This document shows, piece after piece, positions 1 to 27,224 of a stretch of DNA of 64,000 nt. Each line of letters starts with the position of its first letter. Position 1 is the first letter of the stretch. Below the pieces are notes generated by a model that was given only the letters and a program-made list of their open reading frames with translations, ran no database searches and was not told the origin of the DNA. The translations under genes and the position numbers were made by a program. Source of the DNA: Macrostomum lignano (lineage: Eukaryota); assembly GCA_002269645.1 (NCBI GenBank), contig NIVC01001104.1, positions 62,001 through 126,000 on the forward strand. Direction: 5' to 3'.

Positions 1-41
1 GTTCCCAGGTGTGCCATCCCATTCCCCTGTTCCCAGGTGTG

Positions 42-983
42 CAGTGGTCGTGGCGGTGGCGCGAATTCGCGCCGACGCGAAAATGGCGCGAATACGCGAA
101 TTTTTCGAGGCTGGCGCGAAAAATTCGGATGGCTAATGGCGCGAAAATTTAGGGAAAAAATCCCATTTTTTCGCCATTGTTTTTTTTGTTTAGAACATTT
201 AAACTCCAGGCACCCATTGGAATAGTTATGCTTCGTGTCGTGGTGTTCTGTACCTCCATAACTATTTTTACCTTCATAGTCGCATGTGAATGTCTGAATT
301 TATTGTTACTGAATAGGTTTTAAAAATACATTTAATGCTAAAGATTTCCGTTCCATTGAACTTTGCATGGTTGTGATTTTAAACTTATTTCCTGCCCACG
401 AATTACTGTACATGCATGAGACAACGCAGCACTGGCTAGACTCTGGAGCTTCTTTTGTATTAGCTAGTAAACTAGCATAGAAGCCCATTAGCCTGTAAGA
501 CCACCCAAGAATAGAAGCTGTAGTTTAAAAAAAATAGCTTTTTGTTTTGAATGTTTGCGCCTTGTAGGAGATGACGAAAGAAGGCGTGAGTTCCCTGGGG
601 AATTACCGGTAGCGTAGCATTACAGTTCCATTTCCCCATGAAACTACCAGTAGCATTAAAATTAGCGTTATCAATAGCATTAGCATTATCACTTTAAGCA
701 TTAGCTTTGGCATTCTAAGCATTAGCGTTAGCATTAGCATTAGCATTGTAGGAGCAAAACAAAATTCATTATTGCACTTTGACTATGACTTACACAGTTA
801 CACTGTCTGTTTAATTTTACAATCAAAACAATATTTGTGTTGCAAACTTATCTGTACCGCAGTTAGCATAAATTCTTATAATCAAAGTTGGGTATTCTTA
901 GCTGGCATATACATGTAGATACCTATGGCGCGAAAAAATTTGGGTGGCGCAAAAATTTAGAAGGAGACCCGCCACGACCACTG
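42..983. mobile_element. Non-autonomous hAT-type DNA transposon (MITE-like), 942 bp
   Basis: Perfect 15-bp TIRs CAGTGGTCGTGGCGG (42-56) / CCGCCACGACCACTG (969-983) flanked by an exact 8-bp TSD CAGGTGTG (34-41, 984-991). AT-rich interior with no transposase ORF. CAG termini plus an 8-bp TSD are typical of hAT. Confidence 0.9.
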
Positions 984-1298
984 CAGGTGTGCCTCTCCAT
1001 TCCCCTGTTCCCAGGTGTGGCATCCCGTACCCCTGTTCCCAGGTGTGGCATCCCGTACCCCTGTTCCCAGGTGTGGCATCCCGTACCCCTGTTCTCGGGT
1101 GTGCCTCTCCATGGCCATTCCCTCTTCCCAGGTGTGCCATCCCATCTCCCTTTTCCCAGGTGTGGCACCCATTCCCCTGTTTCCAGGTGTGCCGCCCTGT
1201 TCCCAGGTGTGGCATCCCATCCCATTTCCCTATTCCCAGGCGTGGCATCCTATACAACTGTTCCCAGTTGTGGCATCCCATATCCCTGTTCCCAGGTG
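984..1298. repeat. 28-nt minisatellite (CATCCCGTACCCCTGTTCCCAGGTGTGG), also at 1-41
   Basis: Tandem degenerate units are visible directly. The array is split by the hAT element at 42-983. Confidence 0.9.
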
Positions 1299-1851
1299 GT
1301 TAATTCTAAAGCTGTTTACATGTAGCTTTTTATAAATAAAAATGCACTTCCGCTGTGATTTCGCAACTTAGTAATAATGCAATCATCAAATTATCCATCG
1401 CCCAAATCCCAAAACAACTGCTTCATCATTATCTAATTTTATCCCATTCGCTCAGCTGTGTTCAGTCCTACTACAATCTGTCCCGTGACAGGGTGAGCTC
1501 AATATATCTGTGTTAAGTCCGATGGCGCCAAACCAGATGAGCAGGCAGATGAGCACGTAACCTGGCCTCACTGCACCCAGCCATCATCAATCAACATCTG
1601 AGCTGTGCCATACGGTAGAATTGATTTTTATAGGCTCATAGGCCGCGTTTTGCTAATCCTGGATCTGCTCCGTCCCCCCATCCCAAATCCCCAGCTTCTC
1701 TCGCCAGCTTTAACTTGTGTCCGTAGCAAGCAGCCAATCTCTGTCTCCCCGCGGGCTGCAGTCTGAAGTCTCCACCTTACCTCTGTCTGTTACACTGCCA
1801 CAAAAAATTGGGATAGGAAAGCAGGGAAGACTGCACTCGCTTGTATCGCTG

Positions 1852-1858
1852 CTATAAG
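1852..1858 (+). promoter_or_regulatory. Candidate TATA-like box of the FSTL4/5-like gene
   Basis: CTATAAG about 60 nt upstream of ATG 1916, with a CCAAT near 1734. Motif match only. Confidence 0.3.
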
Positions 1859-1915
1859 AGAGGAGAGCTGGCTCAGAGCTATCTGTTAGTTCGCTGAAAA
1901 TACACTTTGCAAAAA

Positions 1916-11787
<9,872 letters not shown>

Positions 11788-12367
11788 GTCAGTGGGTGAT
11801 CTTTACGAACTATCTATTCCTATTTGCAATGAAACTGCACTATAAATACTTGCTAACTACTAACAGTAGCTGGAAGGGATTTTCTCCCCGAAATCAAATT
11901 TTTGTTGAAAATGTCATGGCGACTTAAAAAATCTCGGATCCTTTGTTACTTAATTTTTATCTCAAACTTTTACTGTTTCAATTTAAATGAAAATTTTCTT
12001 TTACACTACTGATTAAGGCGTATGGCAAGAATAATTTTATAATCAATTTGTTCAGTTTTTTCAACCTTCATACTGTAATAAATTGAACGAAAAAAGCAAA
12101 CAAGCATTCGATCGTATTTTAATGACCCCCAAACAGGCAACAAGACGAACTTCAAGGCGCGTTTTCAATTATTGTATTGTTACGCTTAAATAAATAAATA
12201 GCCATGTCTCTGTAGGTTATCACATCCTTAAGCCTCAATAAGCGAGTGGCGATTAATTACTGGAGAGATTAGAATAGAACGGGTTGCACAAAACCGAATT
12301 GCAAAATCGATGCGAACACGGTTTGTGCGTCGAAGAGGGTAAACAGTATAGTCACTGGGGCCCGGGC

Positions 12368-15056
12368 TCAGGTCCACAGGGTGCACCGCTTTGCAGGGTT
12401 GAAGGGTGAGCCGGGCTTGCAGCCGAACGCCTTGGCGAACTGCGGCATGTTGGACAGGCTGCCCAGGACCCTGTGCTCGTACACCGAGTGCACATCCGTT
12501 TCCATCAGCTTGCGGCCGAACTGCTTGGTCACGTGACCGCACCACAGCTGGGCGAAGGCCATGAAGAACACCTGGTCAGGTGTGTAGCCCAGTCCAGGCA
12601 GCAGCGAGGCGTCGGAGCTGGCAGTCTCTTGGTGCTTCTGGAACGCTCGATAAGCAACGTAGATCCCGCCATTGTCAGCCATGTTCTCTTCAACAGTGTG
12701 GGCGCCTCGGTTATTCATTCCGTAGGCTTTGTAGTTGCTGTACTGCTGCACGAAGCAGTCCCTGCGAGACCGGTACTGCATGCTGGTAGCGTTGCTCCAC
12801 CACTGCTGCAGGCAGCCTGTGGCGTTGTAGTATCGGCCTCTAGCGTCGAACGCGTGATTCAACTCGTGCCCCACGATGGAGCCGAGTGCTCCAAACAGGA
12901 ACGCGTCCTGGAAGTGCTCGTCGAAGAAGGGCGGCTGCAGGATGCCGGCAATGATGGTCATGCGCAGGGTGGTCTGGCTGTAGAACGCGTTGGCCATCAG
13001 CGGACTCTGGCCCCATTCGAATCTGTGGTGCGGCTGTCTGGAGCTCAGATGGTTGATCGACCATTTGCGCTTTGTGGCCCGGGCGTTCAGATATGACGCG
13101 AAGTAGTCGCCCTTGTCGATTTTGATGTCGTCGTAGAACTTGTCCAACTTGTGGGCGTTCATAATGATCTGAGGATAGCCAACAGTCTGCTTGATTCGGT
13201 CCACCTTGGCCAGGGCTCGAGTTCGGGTCTCCTTATCCATCCAGGGCGCTTCGCTGACAACCAGCCTGAGCTCCTTGTGGATGTGGTCAACTAGAGATGT
13301 CACCTTGGCCAGAGTCTTTGTCGTTATGGTGCGCTGCAGGACCAGAGCTCCGGTGAGGAACTTAAAGGCCAAGTCAGTCTTGCTGGTGCAGTACAGCCAC
13401 AGGTTGTCCAGCACGTTGTTGCCGTAGATGATCTGCTTCTCCTGACGCCGGGCCTCCTGGAACGGGTCGGAGAGGGCGTGCACGAACGAGCGCAGGGTGG
13501 TCATGACCGCGTAGTCGCTGAGCAGCATGGAGGCCGGAGACTTGGCGGCCATGGCCGGGGCGAACAACTCGGCCAGGCCAAGCAGGTATTCCAAGTTGTC
13601 AACTCGCATCAGGGTGGTTGGCTTGATCCGGACGCCCAGGAACTGAGGCGACAGGCGCACGGCCTCGGACACGAGCGACTCCGGGGTGACGGAGGCGTGA
13701 TGCAGCCTGTCGCTGATGTGCTTGCACAGGTCGGTTAAGGTCATCTCGAACCGGCTCGGGTCGGCAATTTTCGGCGCAACTTTTCGGCGCTCAACATAAG
13801 AGTTGCGCAGCCGCTCAAGGCGGACGTCCAGCTGCCAGAGCTCCTCGAGGCGCTTCCTGGACGCGTTGTTAACCGTGGAGCCGATCGCTTTGAGCACCTG
13901 TTCGCCGTAGGCCATGTAGGCTTTGTGAAACTTCTCGTCCGAAGTGACCAGCGCGCTGCGCTGGTAGGGCGCGAATCCCTGCGGTGAGACGGCGAGAATT
14001 TCACCATTAAAGCTACTTCTCACACATCTGGCCTAACTTCGGTCTGCTTCAACCAATCTCAATGATCTCTGTTTCATTTTAAAGCTGAATGAATTGATTT
14101 TGCCCGTCTCACATGAATATCGTAGATTTTTATCTGGCATAGGTTCTGACAAGGCTGATACAAATACTATGCAAACTCATTGTCAACTTCATTGAGGGGA
14201 CTAGGATATCTCTCTGGCGTATTTATTTGACTGGCCACAACCGTCTCCTTTGCAACTCCCGCACAATGACAGCTCGCGAACTCACCTGGTTGATGCGAAT
14301 CGCCCGTCGCCGATGATTGAAGTCGCTCACTGCCGGTTGGACGTTGAAAAATGGCTGCGCTAACAGCGCGTTGGCCTTGGCGATGCGCTCGATGATGCCA
14401 GCGTCTCCCGGATCGCTGCTGGGCGGTCGCGTGGCGGGCACGTCGTTGGTGAGCGACCAGCCGCCCAGACGGCTGATGAGCGACTCGGCGGACTTCTGGC
14501 CCAGGGCCTCGCGGGCGGTCGTGTTGCTGCAGGCTTCAAAGTAGGTGACCGCTTTGGCCGCGGCTTTGCTCCGATGGCCTCGAATGAGCAGCCGGTTGCT
14601 GTACCCGTGGCTGAGCAGCGAGTACAGCCGCAGCAGGTTGTCTCTCGTATCCTTGTAGAAGTTGGAGTACTTGCCGATGCCCGGCTGGGTGGGGTAGGCA
14701 TGGTCCCAGTTGCCGCAGGCGAACCCGTGAAAATCTTCGCACGGCTTCACAGCCCGGTCCACGGTGCGCAGCATGGAGGCCGACTGCAGCACGCAGTTAT
14801 CCGTGGAGCACAGCATCGCGCTGCTGCGCCATTTCACAATGGAAAAGCTGCCCAGAGCGATGAGGCCAGCCAGGGCCAGGAGCAGCAGCAATAGCAGCAC
14901 GAAGCCGCCGACGCTCAGACCGCAGACGGTGCTCGGCTTGTCTTTGTCCTTGTCATCGTCCTGCAGGCGGGTCCACTTGCCCGAGTCCGAGCCGCTTTCC
15001 TTGTAGGACTCGGCGGCCAGACGATCGCGGAGTTTCTCGTCCGGCTCCTGGTCCAT
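12368..15056 (-). CDS. M13 family metallopeptidase (neprilysin/endothelin-converting enzyme-like), type II membrane, 793 aa, 2 exons
   Basis: Exons 15056-14286 and 13978-12368 with a phase-0 GT-AG intron (NQ|GFAP). N-terminal transmembrane segment VGGFVLLLLLLLALAGLIAL, then PCEDFHGFACGNW, NAFY, zinc motif GHELNHAFD, EENMADNGG, DVHS and C-terminal CTLW. Confidence 0.95.
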
Positions 15057-16145
15057 CTCTACTAGCTGTGATTGCCCAGAGCTCGAGAAAAGCCGCGTAT
15101 TGCTTAGCTGGCCAGTTGGTCTCAGCTGCAGTCTTTCCTTTTTTCTAGACTAACAGAATAGGCAGCAACAGTTCGGGGGCAGAGGGCTATACAATGGGCC
15201 TGAGATGAGCGGGGGGCAGCCAACACGTGCTCGCTGGGGCTGCCACGAGCGGCCCGACAGAGTGGAGGTGGAGACAGGCCAGGGAATTCTAAATCCAGAA
15301 TTCTGGAACGCCCGCATTTTCGGGCCAATTGAGAGCAGATAGGCGAGTGCCATAGCTAAGTGTAGCTAAGCGATTTCCTTGCGATTCCAGATTCTAAGTT
15401 CTCGAACTCCTTGGACAGGCCATTGTGATGGGGGTGGGGGACGCGAACGCACATACTGTGCGCACGCATACAACGCCCAAAGCACTCACCTTCACATTGC
15501 TTACCTTTGCTTCATTGAAGTAGATTTGTCTCAAAAATGCCTGGCTATGCATCATCTGGTACGCATGGGGTAGGCAAAGTTTCTGCTTTTATTTGACAGG
15601 GTTCGAATACCTGCCTCTCGCTCTCAAGCTTACCAAGGTTAGCAGAGCTACAGTTAAACTCGGCAAAGAACTCCGCAGGGTTGCTCAAGCCTGGAGAAAT
15701 GCAAAAAAATGTGAGGTGCAGTTCCGACTTTAAACAGAACGAAATGTGAAATTGCAAAGCCTCGTGTGTGCAAAGTTTGTCCAGAGATGTCAAAGACGGC
15801 GCACTAATTCTAGCATCAAGCAAGCAAACCTTGATTATTGAATTTCTATTCAATATATTAAAGTGCTAGCTGGTTAGATATTTTTAGCTAGGTTCAATAA
15901 AACACGGATTTGGCTTGCTAGCGAATTTAAGCACAGCATTGCTTGTTTTTCTGTGTTTGTCCTGCAGCTCTCTTCGTGGTGAGGTTAGCCTGTTTTAAAC
16001 ATCCATGTTCTGCCAGGCAGACGGGCATCCGTCTGGCTCTGCTCGATTTTCGCTATAGAACCATAGATGTTTTTACTACTTACGAGCTAAGGTTGCATTA
16101 CTCTACTGACAGTAGGACAAATTAAATATATACAATTTAAATTTA

Positions 16146-21636
<5,491 letters not shown>

Positions 21637-22241
21637 AATTCTTGGCAGATTCGCGAGTTATGAATTTGGCAGGAGATTTTAACGCGTTTTATGTGAGGCT
21701 ATGAATTGAGCCCCACAGTACAAGCCACGTGATTTTTCTTGATGTTTAATAGCTAGGAATAGGATTTCAATGCAGCATTGTTTGTTTGCCTCTCTGTGAT
21801 ATTCAATGCTGGACAAATACACGACTGACCAACTGATGGTTAAATTCATGCATCTCTCGCGTGACTAGGAATGAATTTTGGGACAAGTATAGGCACAAGT
21901 AGAAAGTTGTCAAACCTTTTGGCAGTGATTTTTAGCGCCCCCAGCACATATTTTGGCGCCGCTGGATTGTAATTAAATGAATGAAAAACTAGTTAGCGAC
22001 AAATTTATAAAATAAACAAGCAAAGATTTATACTGACACCCAATTCGATAATGCCGAGTTTTAATAGCACGTTTATATTTTAACCATGCATAAAGATAAA
22101 ATCTCGAATTGTTTTAGTGCATATTTAGCTACAAAACTTTCAGTAAGGAATATTATCCGATGCATACACACATATTTATTGAACATTTAGGTGGCGCTAA
22201 AAAGGCCAAGTAAACGAACAAACAATTCCAAGTCAAATCAT

Positions 22242-22600
22242 TGTTCATTTGAGCTCTCTCTCTATCCCAAACCCAGCTAAAGTCAGGAAGTCTCGAGTCT
22301 CGACCTTGCGCAGATCAGAAGCCCCCTATGCGAAAGACCTCATTCTTAGCACTGTCAAGGCACCCCTTAGATGCCCAGAATTGGGTTGGTGGCAGAACTA
22401 CTTTAAGCAGTCCCTACCTTTAAAACTCCAGGCCGTAGTTGTGATTAGAACAGTGGGAGTCGGGACTTTGCTATCGGATCACAACCAGTTCTCCATCTAA
22501 AGCGGGTGCCCCTCGGAGGGTCAGTTCTGATCCCTTCTAACCTGGTATCAGTACCTCGCGCCATAGTTCTGAAAGCTATCATTCCCCAGGTTACATCACA
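22242..22600 (-). mobile_element. Solo LTR, 359 bp
   Basis: TG...CA termini (minus strand TGTGATGTAACC...AAATGAACA). Flanks ATCAT (22237-22241) / ATCAA (22601-22605) form a 5-bp TSD with one mismatch. More GC-rich than its flanks. Confidence 0.65.
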
Positions 22601-23263
22601 ATCAAATTTGATTTTCCTGAGCTGATACCGGCATGTAAAAAAGCACGTCCATTACGCCAGCCTGTACATCACACTCCAATTCAGAACTCACCGCCAGTTT
22701 CTTGCTTGCAAAATATTTTATTCTGCTGTACTTTATCATTGAAAGCCCTTTAAAATCAGATTAGATAGCTTTGTAAACCAAAATTGCACCAACAAAAGTG
22801 AGAAACCTTTTCGAGATCCCGCGGGATCCCGGGATCCCGGTCCAATTCGTCGGGATCTCGGGATTGGCAAAACTCGGGATTCTGTATTCCATATTTATAA
22901 CTAAATAAAAAATCTATCAAATTTATATTTATAAATTTCTTTAATTAGAAACGATATTACTTAAAAAACGAGCATATTAATTGCGATTAATAACTTATCA
23001 AAACTGTAATCTTTTGGTTATGAAATATTTTAATTTGTTCATCTTTTTACTCATCGCCAATTGTAAGTCGCGATAAAATTAATTTGTAGTTTTTATCGAA
23101 ATTGTAAATTTGAAATAATAATAATTTCGACTCATGAATTAAAATTATAATTTCCAAAGTGTTGAACAAAAAATCGCTACTTTAGATGTCAGCGCTAATT
23201 CATGCTTAAAAATACGCATATCACAAATCACAATTGATTAGAAGGCAACAACCAGCATCCAGC

Positions 23264-25360
23264 TTAAGGGATAAACACTGTGGCGAAGTAATTCAACAGT
23301 AGCCAGTAGTACTTAATAGTGAACCATGGCACTTTTGTGTCCGAAGTGGCTGACGGCGGCAGCACACTCAGGTAGGCATTGGTGAATACGTATCCATACC
23401 TATTGCTGACATTGCACTGCACCACGAGCGAGTCTCTCACCGTGAGATTGCTAAACTGAAACTCACTGCCGACCGGGGAGAAGCGGCTGTCGGACCCGCT
23501 GACCGGTACACCGTTGATGAGCCACTTCGGGTCGCCGGGCGCGGCGCCAGCCTCGCAGCGGAACGTGTGGCTGCCGCCTTCGGGCACGGAGACGTCAGCT
23601 GGCTTCTGAATCCAGTAGGGCTCGCTGGCCACTCGTACGCGGTAGGTGCCGGCGTCGTTGAAGCCTCCCTCATTGGCGCCGGTGCACTGGTAAACACCTG
23701 CGGTTGCCGTGACAAAAGGGTTGGGGATTTTATGGCGACTCAATTTTATGGAGGTAGTTGTAGCGATTCTGGGTAAGGGCACTTGACTGGGCGATGGACC
23801 TGGGAGCAACTGCGAGAATCTGGCGGAGGCGCAATACTAAATGCACTGGCGATGGGACAAATAGGCGTTCCTTGCCGGCCTCCGGATGTTTTCTAAGAAA
23901 ATCGAGTGCAGTGTCTTGCTGCAGTAGTCCATGCTGAGGATTTGGGCTGGCGGGGCCCGGCACCTGACGATCTGGGAGGCTCGCCTAGTAACTGGGGATC
24001 TGGGAGGCTGGCCTAGTAACTGGGGATCTGGGAGGCTGGCCTAGTAACTGGGGATCTGGGAGGCTGGCCTAGTAACTGGGGATCTGAGAGGCTGGCCTAG
24101 TAACTGGGGATCTGGGAGGCTGGCCTAGTAACTGGGGATCTGGGAGGCTGGCCTAGTAACTGGGGATCTGAGAGGCTGGCCTAGTAACTGGGGATCTGGG
24201 AGGCTGGCCTAGTAACTGGGGATCTGGGAGGCTCGCCTAGTAACTGGGGATCTGAGAGGCTGGCCTAGTAACTGGGGATCTGGGAGGCTGGCCTAGTAAC
24301 TGGGGATCTGGGAGGCTGGCTTAGTAACTGGGGATCTGGGAGGCTGGCTTAGTAACTGGGGATCTGGGAGGCTAGCCTAGTAACTGGGGATCTGGGAGGC
24401 TGGCCCAGCAACCGAGGATCTGGGAGGCTGGCCCAGCAACTGAGGATCTGGGAGGCTGGCCCAGCAACCGAGGATCTGGGAGGCTGGCCCAGCAACCGAG
24501 GATCTGGGAGCGCTCCAGCTCGAGGATGGGGCAGCAGAGCTGGCCGCGGCGAGCTCACCAGCGTGATAATCCGGGTCAATATCGATGAGCCGCAGGCGGG
24601 CGCCAGAGTCCAGCAGTTGCAGCCGCTCCCCCGAAGAGACCTCAGTCGAATCCTTCTTCCACTGGATGCTGGGCGTCGGGAAGCCGGAGAAGAAGCAAAA
24701 CAAATCGAGAGTTCTGTTCGCGAGAGCAGTTATAAAAGAGGGTTTCTGCGCCATGAGCTGAGCAGCAGCCTATGTGATGCCTTTGATCACATCCAGCCGG
24801 TAGCTTCGACCTTGAACAGCCCGTCTAAGAATCCTGTTCTCCACGCTGCATCGGTAGGTTGCCTTGTCGGACAGGTGAATGTTAGAAAACAGCAGGTTGC
24901 CATTCACGGGGTCGATGTTGATTCGATTAGACCGTTGAATCACCATCGGCTGGGCGCCGTCCGCATCTGCAATCCGATGCCAGACTACCGGGGCGTCGGG
25001 GAAATTTATGGGCGGCACGCAGGGCAATGCCAGCCGACTTCCAAGCCGCCGCCGCACCGTGGCACTCGGCTCTTGAAGAAACTGGCCCAGCATGGCAGGG
25101 CGAAGGAACTGCAGGCATTGATTGGGAATTAGTTAGAGAATAAAAATGGGAATAATGAGAATATATAGTACGAAATCCTGGAAGGAATAACCTCGAGGAT
25201 CCTGGGATGATTAACCTGAGGATCTGATGGGATCGCTTACGGTTTACTTGTCGACCTATTAATGAAATTTCCAATTTTCCAAACTTACCGTTAGGTTCGA
25301 AGCGGCCACGCCCAGCTTATTCCCGGCCAGACACTGGTAAGATCCGTCGTCACGGACACG
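23264..25360 (-). pseudogene. L1/neuroglian (hemolin-like) Ig-domain gene: Ig1 tail plus Ig2-Ig4, 5'-truncated, with an internal TAG
   Basis: Exon remnant 25360-25289 (RVRDDGSYQCLAGNKLGVAASNLT, donor GTAAGT), exon 25108-24559 (LPCVPPINFPDAPVVW...NGNLLFSN; LDLFCFFSGFPTPSIQW) and exon 23697-23264 (GVYQC; EPYWIQKPAD...VVQCNVSNRYGYVFTNAYLSV). In-frame TAG at 24772-24770. The 5' part is replaced by retrotransposon sequence. Confidence 0.8.
23965..24515. repeat. 28-nt dispersed minisatellite family, locus 1 (GGATCTGGGAGGCTGGCCTAGTAACTGG)
   Basis: Tandem units in the Ig-gene intron. Same consensus as the arrays at 44.7, 48.0, 50.6 and 63.7 kb. Confidence 0.95.
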
Positions 25361-27224
25361 GACTATCGTGAATCTCCGGCCGTAGAGGAATTGATGGAAG
25401 CGGTGCAGCCCGAACATTATGGCCAGCGCTTCCTTGTCGAGCTGCGAGTAGCCCCGCTGTGCTGCGTTCAGGGTGCGGCTAGCGAATGCCACTGCGCAGT
25501 CTTTGTTGTTGATGCGATGGGACAACACCACACCCACTCCGTATAGTGAAGCGTCACACTCGAGCCGCAGCGGCATATCCGGGTTGAAGTGCACAAGCAC
25601 CGGTGAATGGAGCAGCAGACGCTTAGCTTCGCTGAAGGTGGTTTGCTGCGGCTTGTCCCACGTCCAGCGAACGTCCTTGGCCAGCAGCTGATTGAGCGGC
25701 GCTACTACGGTGGACAGGTTAGGCAGGAACCGGCCGTACTGAGTCAGCATGCCGAGGAACGAGCGCAGCTGGCTGATGTCCTTCGGCGCCGGGGCGTCTT
25801 GAATTGCGGCCACCCTGTCCGTCAGCGGGCTGAGTCCACATGCGTCAATGCGGTAGCCCAGATACTCGACAGAGTCCGTGAAGAACGGGCTCTTTTGCTT
25901 GTTCAGCCTGAGTCCCGACTCAAGGAGGCGCTGCAGAACTTCTTCCAGGTTTTTCTTATGTTGCTGCATCGTCTTGCTGGTGACCAGGATGTCATCGACA
26001 AACACCTGGACAGAGTCGAGACCTCCTAACAGAGTGTCCATCGTCCGTTGGAAGATCGCAGTGGCGCACTTGATGCCAAAAGGCATGCGATTGAACTGGT
26101 AGAGTCCCTTTGGCGTGTTGATCGTGACGAAGGCTTTGCTGACTTCGGCGAGCGGAAGCTGCAGGAAGGCATTGGACAGATCGAGCTTTGTCCACTTGCA
26201 GCCGCCTCCCAGCTTGGCAAACAGGTCCTCGATCTTGGGCAGAGGACCTGCCGCTGCCGCCGTTGCCGCTGCCGCCGTTGCCGCTGCCGCCGTTGCCGCA
26301 GCCGCCGTTGCCGCAGCCGCCGTTGCCGCTGCCACCGTTGCCGCAGCCGCCGTTGCCGCAGCCGCCGTTGCCGCAGCCGCCGTTGCCGCAGCCGCCGTTG
26401 CCGCAGCCGCCGTTGCCGCTGCCGCCGTTGCCGCAGCCGCCGTTGCCGCAGCCGCCGTTGCCGCAGCCGCCGTGGCCGCAGCCGCCGTTGCCGCAGCCGC
26501 CGTTGCCGCAGCCGCCGTTGCCGCAGCCGCCGTTGCCGCAGCCGCCGTTGCCGCTGCCGGGGTTGCCACCGCTGAACCGATTCCCTCTGTGGTGCGCTGA
26601 TGTCGCCTGCTTGCGGCTTCCTCTCTTGCCGAAAAATTGCAGATTGGCCGCAGACTGCGGTGTTGCCTTTTGTGCCATCTCCAGGGACGAATGCTCAGCT
26701 GACTCCAGCGACATCGCCTTCTCTTGCAGGGATTCGAAGGTCGGCTCAACCACTTCCAGCAGCTTGGCTCGGAAGGCGTCACTTCGAAGGCCGAACACAA
26801 GTTGGTCTCGGAGCCGCTCATTTAGCGACACACTGAAGTTGCAGTCAGCTGACAGAGCCTGGAGCCCCGCGATGAATGCAGTGAAGCTCTCGCCTGCTTG
26901 CTGAGTTCGTTGTTGGAAACGGAACCTCGCAGCCAGCTCCGAAAGCTTTGGTGCAAAGTGTGTTGTCAGCAGCTTCCTCAGGTCAGCGTAAGACTTCTGC
27001 GGCACTTGGCCTGTCTGGCACAGCCTCAACAGTGTGATGTAAGCCTCCTCTCAGATCGACGTGATCCTTATATAATGAAGTGTTCCTACCTTGGATCAGA
27101 GTAACCACATTTGCCTCATCCTTCACCTCTTTGCAGATGAAGTACTGCTCGAGACGCTCAAGGAAGACCTCTCGACGTTGGTAGATGGTAGTAGTTGGCC
27201 CAGCATGGGCAGACTCGTCGCCAT
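25361..27224 (-). mobile_element. Defective Gypsy/Ty3 (Mag-like) retrotransposon, copy A internal region (PBS, gag, RT, truncated RNaseH)
   Basis: PBS TGGCGACGAG at 27223-27214. Gag ERLEQYF...LRDQLVFGL; RT PLPKIEDLF...MPFGIK...VFVDDILV; RNaseH LECDASLYGVG...LDKEALA...RRFTIV. Zinc knuckle, protease and RT N-terminus are absent. Identity with copy B ends at 25361. Confidence 0.93.

Noticed and set aside
22810-22885. CGGGATCCCG palindrome cluster
   Set aside because: Looks like one end of a MITE, but no partner end or TSD was found.
26115-26904. Plus-strand poly-Ala/poly-Pro/Arg-Cys ORFs over the Gypsy copies
   Set aside because: Antisense shadows of the GC-rich gag/pol and the 15-nt repeat.
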